Shown: one piece after another, positions 21,801 to 36,300 of the stretch
Layout: each line of letters begins with the position of its first letter
Position numbering within the stretch: position 1 is the first letter of the stretch
NCBI RefSeq assembly: GCF_022045235.1
Contig: NW_027266280.1
Coordinates: 372,001-436,000, forward strand
Reading direction: 5' to 3'
Length of the DNA: 64,000 nucleotides
DNA from: Haliotis cracherodii
Lineage: Eukaryota
The notes under the pieces: model-generated
Seen by the model: only the letters and a program-made list of their open reading frames with translations
The model's database searches: none
What the model was told of the DNA's origin: nothing
Translations under genes and position numbers: made by a program

Positions 21801-24800
21801 GTCTGGCGCCATGGTGAGAAGGGAGTAAACCTAGTGTCTGGCACCATGGTGAGAGGGGAATTAAACCTATCTTCTGGCGCCATGGTGAGAAGGGAGTAAA
21901 CCTAGTCTCTGGCACCATGGTGAGAGGGGAAGTAAACCTAGTGTCTGGCACCATGGTGAGAGAGGAAGTAAACCTAGTGTCTGGCGCCATGGTGAGAAGG
22001 GAGTAAACCTAGTGTCTGGCACCATGGTGAGAGGGGAATTAAACCTATCCTCTGGTGAGAAGGGAGTAAACCTAGTCTCTGGCACCATGGTGAGAGGGGA
22101 AGTAAACCTAGTGTCTGGCACCATGGTGAGAGGGGAGTAAACCTAGTGTCTGGCGCCATGGTGAGAAGAGAGTAAACCTTGTGTCTGGCACCATGGTGAG
22201 AAGGGAGTACACCAAGTGTCTGGCGCCATGGTGAGAGGGGAAGTAAACCTAGTGTCTGGCGCCATGGTGAGAAGGGAGTAAACCTTGTGTCTGGTGCCAT
22301 GGTGAGAAGGGAGTAAACCTTGTGTCTGGTGCCATGGTGAGAGGGGGAGTTAATATTGTATCTGGCGCCATGGTGAGAGGGGGAACAAACCTAGTGTCTG
22401 GCGCCATGGTGAGAGGGGAAGTAAACCTAGTGTCTGGTGCCATGGTGAGAGGGGGAGTAAACCTAGTGTCTGGCGCCATGGTGAGAGGGGAAGTAAACCT
22501 TGTGACTGGCACCATGGTGAGAGGGGGGATAAATCTTGTGTCTGGCACCATGGTGAGAGGGGGAGTAAACCTTGTGCCTGGCACCATGGTGAGAAGGGGA
22601 GTAAACCTTGTGACTGGCACCATGGTGAGAGGGGGAGTAAACCTTGTGCCTGGCACCATGGTGAGAAGGGGAGTAAACCTTGTGACTGGCACCATGGTGA
22701 GAGGGGGAGTAAACCTTGTGTCTGGTGCCATGGTGAGAGGGGGAGTAAACCTTGTGTCTGGCACCATGGTGAGAGGGGAATTAAACCTTGTGACTGGCAC
22801 CATGGTGAGAGGGGAAGTAAACCTTGTGTCTGGCGCCATGGTGAGAGGGGAAATAAACCTTGTGACTGGCACCATGGTGAGAGGGGGAGTAAACCTTGTG
22901 TCTGGCACCATGGTGAGAGGGGAAGTAAACCTAGTGTATGGCGCCATGGTGAGGAGGGAAGTAAACCTAGTGTCTGGCGCCATGGTGAGAGGGGGAGTAA
23001 ACCCTGTGTCTGGCGCCATGGTGAGAGGGGGAGTAAACCCTGTGTCTTGCGCCATGGTGAGAGGGGGAGTAAACCTAGTGTCTGGCACCATGGTGAGAGG
23101 GGAAGTAAACCTTCTGACTGGCACCATGGTGAGAGGGGAAGTAAACCTAGTGTATGGCGCCATGGTGAGGAGGGAAGTAAACCTAGTGTCTGGCGCCATG
23201 GTGAGAGGGGGAGTAAACCCTGTGTCTGGCGCCATGGTGAGAGGGGGAGTAAACCCTGTGTCTTGCGCCATGGTGAGAGGGGGAGTAAACCTAGTGTCTG
23301 GCGCCATAGTGAGAGGGGGAGTAAACCCTGTGTCTGGCGCCATGGTGAGAGGGGGAGTAAACCTAGTGTCTGGCACCATGGTGAGAGGGGGAGTTAACCT
23401 AGTGTCTGGCACCATGGTGAGAGGGGGAGTAAACCCTGTGTCTGGCGGCATGGTAAGAGGGGGAGTAAACCTATTGTCTGGAGCCATGGTGAGAGGGGAA
23501 GTAAACCTTGTGACTGGCACCATGGTTAGAGGGGGAGTAAACCTAGTGTCTGGCACCATGGTGAGAGGGGGAGTAAACCTTGTGTCTGGCACCATGGTTA
23601 GAGGGGGAGTAAACCTTGTGTCTGGCACCATGGTGAGAGGGGAAGTAAACCTAGTGTCTGGCACGATTGTGAGGGGGGTAAACCTAGTGTCTGGCGCCAT
23701 GGTGAGAGGGGGAGTAATCCTAGTGTCTGGCGCCATGGTGAGAGGGGGAGTAATCCTTGTGTCTGGCGCCATGGTGAGAGGGGGAGTAAACTTTGTGCCT
23801 GGCACGATGGTGAGAGGGGGAGTAAACCTTGTGCCTGGCACCATGGTGAGAGGGGGAGTAAACCTAGTATCTGGCACCATGGTGAGAGGGGGGTAAACCT
23901 AGTGTCTTGCACCATGGTGAGAGGGGGAGTAAATCTAGTGTCTGGCACCATGGTGAGAGGGGAGTAAACCTTGTGTCTGGCACCATGGTGAGAGGGGGAG
24001 TAAACCTTGTGTCTGGCACCATGGTGAGAGGGGGAGTAAACCTTGTGTCTGGCGGCATGGTGAGAGGGGGAGTAAACCTAGTGTCTGGCACGATTGTGAG
24101 GGGGGTAAACCTAGTGTCTGGCGCCATGGTGAGAGGGGGAGTAATCCTAGTGTCTGGCGCCATGGTGAGAGGGGGAGTAATCCTTGTGTCTGGCACCATG
24201 GTGAGAGGGGGAGTAAACCTAGTGTCTGGCATGATTGTGAGGGGGATAAACCTAGTGTCTGGCGCCATGGTGAGAGGGGGAGTAATCCTAGTGTCTGGCA
24301 CGATTGTGAGGGGGGTAAACCTAGTGTCTGGCACCATGGTGAGAGGGGGAGTAAACCTAGTGTCTGGCACGATTGTGAGGGGGGTAAACCTAGTGCCTGG
24401 CGCCATGGTGAGAGGGGGAGTAAACCTTGTGTCTGGCACCATGGTGAGAGGGGGAGTAAACCTAGTGTCTGGCACCATGGTGAGAGGGGGAGTAAACCTA
24501 GTGTCTGGCACCATGGTGAGAGGGGGAGTAAACCTAGTGTCTGGCACCATGGTGAGAGGGGGAGTAAACCTAGTGTCTGACACCATGTTGAGAGGGGAGT
24601 AAACCTAGTGTCTGGCACCATGGTGAGAGGGGGAGTAAACCTAGTGTCTGGCACCATGGTGAGAGGGGGAGTAAAACTAGTGTCTGGCACCATGGTGAGA
24701 GGGGGAGTAAACCTAGTGTCTGGCAGGATGGTGAGAAGGGAGTAAACCTAGTGTCTGGCACCATGTTGAGAGGGGGAGTAAACCTTGTGTCTGGCACCAT

Positions 24801-25620
24801 GGTGAGAGGGGGAGTAAACCTTCTGTCTGGCACGATTGTGAGGGAGGTTAACCTTGTGTCTGGCACCATGGTGAGAGGGGGAGTAAACCTAATGTCTGGC
24901 TCCATGGTGAGAGGGGGGTAAACCTTGTGTCTGGCACCATGGTGAGAGGGGGGTAAACCTAGTGTCTGGCACCATGGTGAGAGGGGGGTAAACCTAATGT
25001 CTGGCACCATGGTGAGAGGGGGGTAAACTTTGTGTCTGGCACCATGGTGAGAGGGGGAGTAAACCTAATGTCTGGCACCATGATGAGAGGGGGGTAAACC
25101 TTGTGTCTGGCACCATGGTGAGAAGGGGGTAAACCTTGTGTCTGGCACCATGGTGAGAGGGGGGTAAACCTAGTGTCTGGCACCATGGTGAGAGGGGGGG
25201 TAAACCTTGTGTCTGGCACCATGGTGAGAGGGGGAGTAAACCTTGTGTCTGGCACCATGGTGAGAGGGGGAGTAAACCTAGTGTCTGGCACCATGGTGAG
25301 AGGGGGAGTAAACCTAATGTCTGGCACCATGGTGAGAGGGGGAGTAAACCTAGTGTCTGGCACCATGGTTAGAGGGGGAGTAAACCTAGTGTCTGGCACC
25401 ATGGTTAGAGGGGGAGTAAACCTTGTGTCTGGCACCATGGTGAGAAGGGGGTAAACCTTGTGTCTGGCACCATGGTGAGAGGGGGGTAAACCTAGTGTCT
25501 AGCACCATGGTGAGAGGGGGGGGTAAACCTAGTGTCTGGCACGATTGTGAGAGGGGTAAACCTAGTGTCTGGCACGATTGTGAGGGGGGTAAACCTAGTG
25601 TCTGGCGCCATGGTGAGGGG
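18828..25620. repeat. 36-bp (33-36) minisatellite, ~6.8 kb, with a 2606-bp higher-order duplication
   Basis: gtaaacctagtgtctggcaccatggtgagaggggga; identical variant series recur at an offset of 2606. Confidence 0.98.
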
Positions 25621-26074
25621 GAAGAACTTAAGCTGGTGCAGGAAGAGCACAACTACATGGACGAAGAAAATAACTCAATGACAAAAATAAAAACATACCC
25701 GACATATATATTTTGCTCACAGGTGTATATTTGGGTCAACCAATATGTAAAATCTTTGTGGCTGTAAACTTTATTCAGTGCAAACAGAGCATAACATTTC
25801 ATCCAATATATTGTAGCAAAACATGAAAATAACAATTAACATTTTTGTACAGGGAGCAAGTGCACATGAGAAAGGTAAATACTGTCAAAGACACACATGT
25901 GACAATTCTCTTCAATGTTTGCCTTGAACTCAGTGTGTGATAACAACATGCAGAGCAAGTGATATTATTTGTTTGCTTGTTTGTTTGTTGTTTAAGAGAA
26001 CACTCAGCAATATTTCAGCATTATGACGGCAGTCTTGGGGACACTTACTCAGCTTGCTGATTTTACTTGCTCAA

Positions 26075-28453
26075 CACTGCTGAGTAAATGATATCAACCT
26101 GCTTAGTAAATGATATCAACATGCTAAGTAAGTGACATCAACATGCTGAGTAAGTGATATCAACATACCGATTGTTATCAACATGCTAAATAAGTGTTAT
26201 CATCATTTTGAGTAAGTGATATCAACATGCTGAGTAAGTGTTATCAACATGCCTAGCAAGTGATATCAACGTCCTAAGTGTTATCAACATGCTGAGTAAG
26301 TGATATCAACATGCTGAGTAAGTGATATCAACATGCCTAGCAAGTGATATCAACGTCTTAAGTGTTATCATCATGCTGAGTAAGTGACATCAACATGCTG
26401 AGTAAGTGATATCAACATGCTGAGTAAGTGATATCAACATACTAAGTGTTATCATCAGGCTGAGTAAGTGATATCACCATGCTGAGTAAGTGATATCAAC
26501 ATGCTGAGTAAGTGAAATCAACATACTAAGTGATATCACCATGCTGAGTAAGTGATATCAACATGCTGAGTAAGTGAAATCAACATACTAAGTGTTATCA
26601 CCATGCTGAGTAAGTGACATCAACATGCTGAGTAAGTGAAATCAACATACTAAGTGTTATCACCATGCTGAGTAAGTGATATCACCATGCTGAGTAAGTG
26701 AAATCAACATGCTGAGTAAGTGAAATCAACATACTAAGTGTTATCACCATGCTGAGTAAGTGACATCAACATGCTGAGTAAGTGAAATCAACATACTAAG
26801 TGTTATCACCATGCTGAGTAAGTGATATCAACATGCTGAGTAAGTGAAATCAACATACTAAGTGTTATCACGATGCTGAGTAAGTGATATCAACATGCTG
26901 AGTAAGTGATATCAACATGCTGAGTAATTGAAATCAACATACTAAGTGTTATCACCATGCTGAGTAAGTGATATCAACATGCTGCGTACATTACATCAAC
27001 ATACTGAGTAAGTGATATCACCATGCTTTGTAAGTGATATCAACATACTAAGTGTTATCACCATGCTGAGTAAGTGATATCAACATACTAAGTGTTATCA
27101 CCATGCTGAGTAAGTGATATCAACATACTAAGTGTTATCACCATGCTGAGTAAGTGATATCAACATGCTGAGTAAGTGAAATCAACATACTAAGTGTTAT
27201 CACCATGCTGAGTAAGTGATATCAACATGCTGCGTACATTACATCAACATACTGAGTAAGTGATATCACCATGCTTTGTAAGTGATATCAACATACTAAG
27301 TGTTATCACCATGCTGAGTAAGTGATATCAACATACTAAGTGTTATCACCATGCTGAGTAAGTGATATCAACATACTAAGTGTTATCACCATGCTGAGTA
27401 AGTGATATCAACATGCTGAGTAAGTGAAATCAACATACTAAGTGTTATCACCATGCTGAGTAAGTGATATCAACATGCTGAGTAAGTGAAATCAACATAC
27501 TAAGTGTTATCACCATGCTGAGTAAGTGTTATCACCATGCTGAGTAAGTGACATCAACATACTAAGTGTTATCACCATGCTGAGTAAGTGATATCAACAT
27601 ACTAAGTGTTATCACCATGCTGAGTAAGTGACATCAACATACTAAGTGTTATCACCATGCTGAGTAAGTGATATCAACATACTAAGTGTTATCACCATGC
27701 TGAGTAAGTGTTATCACCATGCTGAGTAAGTGATATCAACATGCTGGGTACATTACATGAACATACTGAGTAAGTGATATCACCATGCTGAGTAAGTGAT
27801 ATCAACATACTAAGTGTTATCACCATGCTGAGTAAGTGATATCAACATACTAAGTGTTATCACCATGCTGAGTAATTAATATCAACATGCTGAGTAAGTG
27901 ATATCAACATACTAAGTGTTATCAACATGCCTAGTAAATGATATCAACATACTCAGTGTTATCAACATGCTGAGTAATTGATATCAACATGCTGGGTACA
28001 TGATATCAACATACTGAGTTAGTGACATCAACCTGCTGAGTAAGTGATATCAACATACTAAGTGTTATCAACATGCTGAGTAAATGATATCAACATGCTG
28101 AGTAAGTGATATCAACATACTAAGTGTTATCAACCTGCTGAGTAAGTGTTATCAACCTGCTGAGTAAGTGATATCAACCTGCTGAGTAAGTGAGATCAAC
28201 ATGCTGAGTAAGTGATATCAACTTGTTGGGTACATGATATCAACATGCTAAGTGTTATCAACATGCTCATTAAATGTTATCAACATGCTGAGTAAGTTAT
28301 ATCAATATACTAAGTGTTATCAACATGCTGAGTAAATGATATCAACATGCTGAGTAAATGATATCAACATGCTGAGTAAGTGATTTTCACATGCTGAGTA
28401 AGTGATTTTCACATGCTGAGTAAGTGATATCAACATGCTGATTAAGTGATATC
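26075..28453. repeat. 22/18-bp composite minisatellite
   Basis: gatatcaacatgctgagtaagt interleaved with gatatcaacatactaagt. Confidence 0.97.
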
Positions 28454-28691
28454 GTTGTATGTTCAAACTATGTAAAATACATTCGGTGTATAATTTTATA
28501 CAAATTAATTCAAGTCACAAATGGTCCCTGATTCAGCAAATATCCGTTGTTGCATTATAGTTTGGGAATCAGTTGAAATGAGTATCACTGATGTGTAAGA
28601 AAATACATCAGTTATAAGACGAGGAGCAGTTCAACCATGCATGAGGGAAAAAACGTCCTGGAGTAGAAACATACACTCATGCAGCCAGCAT

Positions 28692-29112
28692 GGTGAGGTG
28701 AGGTAAGGTGAGGTGCGGTGCGGTGCGGTGCAGTGCGGTGAGGTGAGGCGAGGCGAGGCGAGGTGAGGTGCAGTGAGGTGAGGTGCGGTGAGGTGATGTG
28801 ATGTGAGGTGAGGTGCAGTGAGGTGAGGCGATGTGAGGCGAGGCGTGGCGATGTGAGGTGCGGTGAGGTGTGGAGAGGTGCGTGCGGTGAGGTGAGGTGT
28901 GGTGAGGTGAGGCGAGGCGAGGTGAGGTGAGGTGCGGCGAGGTGAGGTGAGGTGCGGCGAGGTGAGGTGAGGTGCGGAGAGGTGCAGTGAGGTGAGGTGC
29001 GGAGCGGTGCGGTGAGGTGAGGTGCAGTGAGGTGAGGTGCAGTGAGGTGAGGTGAGGTGCAGTGAGGTGAGGCAAGGCGAGGTGAGGTGAGGTGAGGTGA
29101 GGTGAGGTGAAG
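28692..29112. repeat. (GAGGT)n degenerate pentanucleotide repeat
   Basis: Direct inspection. Confidence 0.95.
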
Positions 29113-30293
29113 TGCATGACTGTAAGGCAGACCTTCACTGTATAAGACAGGACTATTTTCACAAACAGAAGTATCCCTTTGCCCCACAGCAGGTGTGAAC
29201 GCATGACAAGTAATCTGTTCTGTTCTTAGCGATCTTAGCGCTAAGATGATTGTGACTCCCATACTTAAACATAGGCTTGTGGCAACACTAAGATAGCTTT
29301 GAGGAACAGGCTCCAGTCTACACAAACTGTACTCAGAAACCAACATGTTTTCACCACGCTGAAGTGAGAATGTTTTTAATGCAGTCTCCTCTTGTGACAG
29401 TCAACAGAGATCGGGGGACGTATTCACATGTCTACTGGACAAACTGTACTGACAAAATCTTTCTAACTTTCATTGTCCCTCCTCAACACATGTCCCCCTC
29501 CCCTCCCCTCCCCTCCCCTAACCCTGCTCCCCGATCTACCTAGGACAGACAGGCTCATAGTGAGGCTTTCAACACTTGGATTATGATCAGCGGGACAAGT
29601 CACACAGTATTGTTTCCTGCTTCTTCTCATCTTCACTAAGAGAACTGGATAAGGCACATTGCTGTTCACTGCTTGAGTAAGTTACAGATTCTACACCACT
29701 TCTCTCATTGAGCAGGGTTGAAAAACAAATATTCCTGAGAGAGCTTAAATTTGGTTCTCAACAAAGTAGGTTGTTTTCCATTCCTCAAAGTTCAATAATT
29801 TATAAGAAAACTCAACGTCACACTGATAAAAGGCAACATTTTGAATATATTCATATGACTGATATTCGTAGATTATTCATGGACACTCAAAAAGGGCAGC
29901 AGACAAAGGAAACCAAAAACATGAACAAACATCCCTGACACAGGAGTCCCAGCAAACCGGCACACACATAACACTCAACATATGGTCGGGATATTCCTCT
30001 GTGAGTACAGATGATGTGTGAGACAGTAACGAGGGAGGTGGGTGAGCAGGGTTTGACCATGCCGAGAATCAAACCCAGGTCTTCAGCTGGACAAGCCAAC
30101 ACCTTCACCACTTGGCCACCTCACCATCCTTACGCACATACACAGCCAGCTAGTGCATCACTGCAATAACATGCCATCATATGGATGGCAATGATGATTG
30201 ATGATGATGATGCATCCTGACAGATGACAGCAGTCTCCTTGTTATCACAGAGGTTGATGAGTTGACCAGCAGCTGACCAGTAACCATCTGCTA

Positions 30294-30303
30294 TCAAAGA
30301 GGG
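30294..30303 (-). CDS. Calpain probable last exon, coding part (G-P-L-stop)
   Basis: Strong acceptor attttatttttacag, phase-2 compatible, tandem stops TGA TAG. Confidence 0.6.
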
Positions 30304-33300
30304 CTGTAAAAATAAAATGTGTATTACTACATTATCACAGACAACCAGTGAGTGAGTGAGTGAGTGAGTGAGTGAGTGAGTGTGTGAGTGAGCATGGTAT
30401 TACGCCGTTTTTAGCAATATTCCAGCAATATCACAGCAGGGGACACCAGAAATGGGCTTCACACATTGTACCCATGTCGGGAATCGAACCCGGGTCTTCT
30501 GCGTGACGAGCGAACACTTTAACCACTAGGCTACCCGACCGCCCCTATTAGTAGAAACTGTCAACACAATTCACTCTACATGTGCTGAGGGTCTATCCTG
30601 CACCAGGATTCCCAAAGGGAGACAGGCTTAGTAAAATCTAAATATTTTTTACAATTGTATACTGCATTACTCCTCGATGCATTTACTGCTGTTTTCTGAC
30701 AGAGAGACGAACTGTGTGAGATTCAGCTACTGCAAAAAAAATGTTCCAGCCAGTAGAGGCAGCATCCTCGCACAGTCGGCACGTGACCCGGAATCTATGA
30801 CGTCACATCAAAACAGATAACTGCTGTAAACAAACATCTGAAACTTCGTGGGGAGGCAGCATAGGGAAGGGAGGGCACTTAGACGTTGTATTGCAGGGTA
30901 AGTATACAAATGTAAACAATATTATATTTTACTATTTCTTTTAACTCATCCTGCCTTACTCCTTAATGAATTTTTATTAGACGGCATGGCCGGTGGGCAT
31001 ACCTTCAGATGTGATCCATAATAAACTCTCATAAAGTGGTGGGTAGCCAAAAACTAGAACTGACCTAAAATCGAATGTGGAAAGCAGTAGAGCCCTCTGA
31101 TCTGGTGTGATAAACACCGTAGAGTTCAACGGGTCCCGCTCAGGGTATTGGAGAATCAGTGGCTTCAGCGTCAACATCCAAAACCACTCCTGTAGTCAGG
31201 AAACAAGAGTTGATGCACAAAGGAAAACCCCGAATAGGTGACAGAAATAGAATGAGGTGGGTAGCCGAAAACTAGAGCTGACCTAAGAGCGAATGCGGAA
31301 TGCAGTAGAGCCCACTAGTCTGGGGTGATTAACACCAGTAGGTTATCTGAGCATCAGTGGTGTCAGGGATTGGTGACCTGTTGTGCTACAACCAGGGGAC
31401 CAAAACTGTGAACGCGGCAACATCTTCCATGGCTACATTACAGAGGTAGGGGCTCATCGTCTTCACCCACAATGGACGAGAGAGGAGAGGGAGTTGAATG
31501 TTCATCAGGCAGTCCTGGGAGTTGATTCTTAGCAATTAAGTCCCAGCACAGTTCAAGATACACAACGCAATGAGTACCGCGTTTGAACCGGACACCTCAA
31601 GGGCGTGAAGCTCACTGACCCGTGCAGCGGTAGTCAGAGCCAGTGCGAACACCGTTATCTTCATAAGGTCATAGAAGGAAGACAAGTGGTTCGAAGGCAG
31701 CCATCTGAAGAGCTAGTCAAACCACGTACAGATCCCAACCAGGAGGTCTGAACTTGGCTTACTGATCTTCAAAACGAAGGCCTAAAGTTCGGGGATTTTC
31801 GTCATTCTTCATTTGACCAAGAAGGCAAGAGCAGAGTTAATGGTCGAGGGGCTTCCAACATTTGAAGAACCCTGGGAAGGAGAGCAGGAGGCACAAGAGC
31901 GTATGCGGATTAACCTCCCCATCCGGCACCGGTGAGATGTAGTCTGTCTGCTGGCAGTTCTGGGATGTGGTGAACAGATCAATGTTGGGGGAGACGATGT
32001 TTTGGAGGATCAAGTGGAACACGTCTGAGTGGAGCTACCACCCGAGGGAGCCACCATGTCCAGCCTGTACCGAACATGCTCTCAACCTGGTAAGTGCTGA
32101 ATGAGAAAGCACTGCTCTAGGCTGACCACCAAGTTGAGGAAGCGGAAGATCTGGTTTAGCAGGGATGGAGAGTGGAGAGTACCCTGTTTCCTCAAACACC
32201 ACACAATGGTGATGTTGTCCATGGATATGATCAACTGGGCGTGGCCGAGGATGATCTGCCAGCAAGGCCGGGAAAAGCGCTTTTAGCTCACGGTGAATGC
32301 CAAGGCATCGACTTAACCAGTCAGTCGGAACTTGAACACGGTATAAGCGCTCCTGTTCTTATAGCAAGGGGGCAATGAAAATTGGTGCCTCACGACTGCC
32401 ATGCTGGTAGCGGAGGTCTACTGTTACTCTGCACATGGATGGACTGCGACAGGTGTCTGGTTGAGTGGTTGCACCATGTGTATGAGTAAGAATGCAAACC
32501 AATCTGTAGAAATACATTGCACTGCTTCCAATATCAGTTGACCTAATTACGGTCGGAGCTGTTTACAGTCAGAGTACATGACACATAACATGGAAATCAC
32601 CCTGAGCAGCCATCAAGAAAACGCATTGGAGCCGGAAATGAGGTGCAATCTCCACACACAAACAATCCCCAATGAACTGTGTGGTAGAGTTCTGCATAAA
32701 AACGCAGGAGCAGCACCGCACGCGACGTGGAAGAGCCTATGGGAGGAACACAGGCACTAAGGCAAGATAGAGGAGCGTTGGTGCCGGCGATGTCTACAAA
32801 GAAGACAGTGGATGTCGTGATATGAGAGACGCCTAGTCCTGACCAGTCAACGATTATCCTGGAAGTGGGTATCTGGTTATTTATGGTGAAGGGGTCAAAG
32901 ATGCTATATAAGTGTGCACAGTGAAGATCTGCAAGATCTAATACAGACGCTGTCCTCCAGTCGAACGAGAGAACCATCGCCGTGTGCCCGTTTACTGATG
33001 AGACCAGAAAAGGTGGGAATCATCACCACGCCATCACCATGCCATCACCACACCGTCACCACGCCATCATCGCGTCATCACCACGCCATCACCACACTGT
33101 CACCACGCCGTCACCACGCCATCACCATGCCATCACCACACTGTCACCACACCGTCACCACGCCGTCACCACGCCGTCACCACGCCATCATCGCGTCATC
33201 ACCAGACCATCAACAGACCATAAACATGTAACAACATAAGATGAATGCAGAAACAAGCAAAGTTTTGAAACAATAGGCTTTAATTTCCACAAGGGATACA

Positions 33301-36300
33301 AAGTATGTCCGTGGAGGTGACAAAGCAGTTATGTGTTTTGGGTCACGTGCTGACTGTCCAAGGGTGCTGCCTCTACTGGTTGGAACAACTTTTCTTCAGA
33401 AGCTGGATCTCACACAGTTCGTCTCTGTCAGAAAACAGCTGTAAATGCATTAAGGAGGAAAAGTTTTAAAATATGAGGTACTCAGAATCTATTCTGTTCC
33501 AGAATCTCCACAGGGAAACAAGCATGGGGTACTGGGGACCTATTCTGCCTTGGAATCCCCACAGGGAGACAAGCATGGGGTACTGGGGACCTATTCTGCC
33601 CTGGAATCCCCACAGGGAGACAAGCATAGGGTACTGGGGACCTAATCTACCCTGGAATCCCTACAGGGAGACAAGCATGGGGTACTGGGGACCTAATCTA
33701 CCCTGGAATCCCTACAGGGAGACAAGCATTGGGTACTGGGGACCTATTCTGCCCTGGAATCCCTACAGGGAGACAAGCATGGGGTACTGGGGACCTATTC
33801 TGCCCTGGAATCCCTACAGGGAGACAAGCATGGGGTACTGGGGAACTATTCTGCCCTGAAATCCCTATAGGGCGACAGGCATGGAGTGCTGGGGACCTAA
33901 TCCACCCTGGAATCCCTACAGGGAGACAAGCATGGGGTGCTGGGTACCTAATCCACCCTGGAATGCCTATAGGGAGACAAGCATGGGGTTCTGGGGACTT
34001 ATTCTGCCCGGGAATCCCTATAGGGAGACAAGCATGGGGTGCTGGGGACCTAATCCACCCTGGAATCCCTACAGGGAGACAAGCATGGGGTATTGGGGAA
34101 CTATTCTGCCCTTGAATCGCTATAGGGCGACAAGCATGGAGTGCTGGGGACCTAATCCACCCTGGAATCCCTACAGGGAGACGAGCATGAGGTACTGGGT
34201 ACCTAATCCACCTTGGAATCCCAAAAGGGAGACAAGCAAGGGGTACTGGGGACCTAATCTACCATGGAATGCCTATAGGGAGACAAGCATGGGGTACTGG
34301 ATCCTAATCCACCCTGGAATCACAAAAGGGAAAAATATTTTTCATAGATTCTTTCATATTCCTGCAGTACAAAACATTCTGACAAAACATGTGCCAATGT
34401 TGATTCTTCCAATCCTTAAAGCTTAACCTAAATCTATCTCACCCTTCTAAATGGAATGATTTCTCCCCATACACTCTCAACATGAACTTGGCTGAGCAGT
34501 TTGGCATGAACGTGGATGGGATGATGACGTAATGGCCGGGGTCCAGTTCAAATCTGCCGCTGACCTCCCGATAGTTGATGTACACGCCCGACTTGCCGCA
34601 GTCTGGGTGGTAGCGGAAGTGTTTGGCCGGAAGCTGATCTTGCTTGGCTTCCGTCTGGGGGAGAGATATTACACACAGTTGTTTTCTTTCTCAGTGTACC
34701 ATGGCAGTATTTATATCATCTTGAACATCTGCTGACTGCACATTTATAGAATGTCCCCATTACAAATGTCCATTGTGATATGAACTAGTTGAGCAGAGAA
34801 GCCAAGATGATCATTAATGGATGCTAGTCAGGCTACAAGCAATGAAGGTTTCAGTGACAGTCCACAGTGATCACATCATGGGTTGGATGGTTGGTTGTTG
34901 TTTAACGCAGCAATATTCCAGCTATATGACGGCGGTTTGTAAATTATCAAGTCTGGACCAGAAGATCCAGCAGAGCAGAGGAGAGGAGATGAGAGGAGAG
35001 GGGAGGGAGCAGAGGAGAGGGGGGGGGAGCAGAGGAGAGGGGGAGGGAGCAGAGGAGAGGGGGAGGGGAGCAGAGGAGATGGGGAGGGAGCAGAGGAGAG
35101 GGGAGGGAGCAGAGGAGAGGGGGAGGGAACAGAGGAGAGCAGAGGAGAAGGGAGGGAGCAGAGGAGAGGGGAGGGAGCAGAGGAGAGGGGAGGGGAGCAG
35201 AGGAGATGGGGAGGGAGCAGGGGAGAGCAGAGGAGAAGGGAGGGAGCAGAGGAGAGGGGGAGGGAGCAGAGGGGAGGGGAGGAGAGGGGGAGGGAGCAGA
35301 GGAGAGGGGAGGGGAGCAGAGGAGATGGGGAGGGAGCAGGGGAGAGCAGAGGAGAAGGGAGGGAGCAGAGGAGAGGGGGAGGGAGCAGAGGGGAGGGGAG
35401 GAGAGGGGGAGGGAGCAGAGGAGAGGGGAGGGAGCAGAGGAGATGGGGAGGGAGCAGAGGAGAGGGGAGGGAGCAGAGGAGACGGGAGGGAGCAGAGGAG
35501 ATGGGGAGGGAGCAGAGGAGAGGGGAGGGAGCAGAGGAGACGGGAGGGAGCAGAGGAGAGGGGGAGGGAGCAGAGGAGAGGGGAGGGAGCAGAGGAGACG
35601 GGAGGGAGCAGAGGAGAGGGGGAGGGAGCAGAGGAGAGGGGGAGGGAGCAGAGGAGAGGGGAGGGAGCACAGGAGAGGGGGAGGGAGCAGAGGAGAGGGG
35701 AGGGAGCACAGGAGACGGGAGGGAGCAGAGGAGAGGGGGAGGGAGCAGAGGAGACGGGAGGGAGCACAGGAGACGGGAGGGAGCACAGGAGAGGGGGAGG
35801 GAGCAGAGGAGAGGGGGAGGGAGCAGAGGAGAGGGGAGGGAGCACAGGAGAGGGGGAGGGAGCAGAGGAGAGGGGGAGGGAGCAGAGGAGAGGGGAGGGA
35901 GCACAGGAGATGGGGAGGGAGCAGAGGAGATGGGGAGGGAGCAGAGGAGACGGGAGGAGAGGAGAGCAGAGGGGGGGGAGAGGAGAGCATAAGAGAGCAG
36001 AGGGGGGCAGAGGAGAGCAGAGGGGGGCAGAAGAGAGCAGAGGGGAAGAGAGGAGAGCAGAAGAGAGCAGAGGGGGGCAGAAGAGAGCAGAGGGGGGCAG
36101 AAGAGAGCAGAGGGGGGCAGAGGAGAGCAGAGGGGGGCAGAAGAGAGCAGAGGGGGGCAGAGGAGAGCAGAGGGGAGGGGAGGAGAGGAGAGGGGAGGGG
36201 AGCAGAAGAGAGCAGAGGGGGGCAGAAGAGAGTAGAGGGGAGCAGAAGAGAGCAGAGGGGGGCAGAGGAGAGCAGAGGGGGGCAGAAGAGAGCAGAGGGG

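Noticed and set aside
19643-24693. Long ORFs of up to 651 aa (MVPDTRFTPPLT / MVRGGVNLVSG repeats)
   Set aside because: Products of a 36-bp minisatellite, interrupted by frequent 35-bp frameshifting units, with no unique N- or C-terminal coding context.
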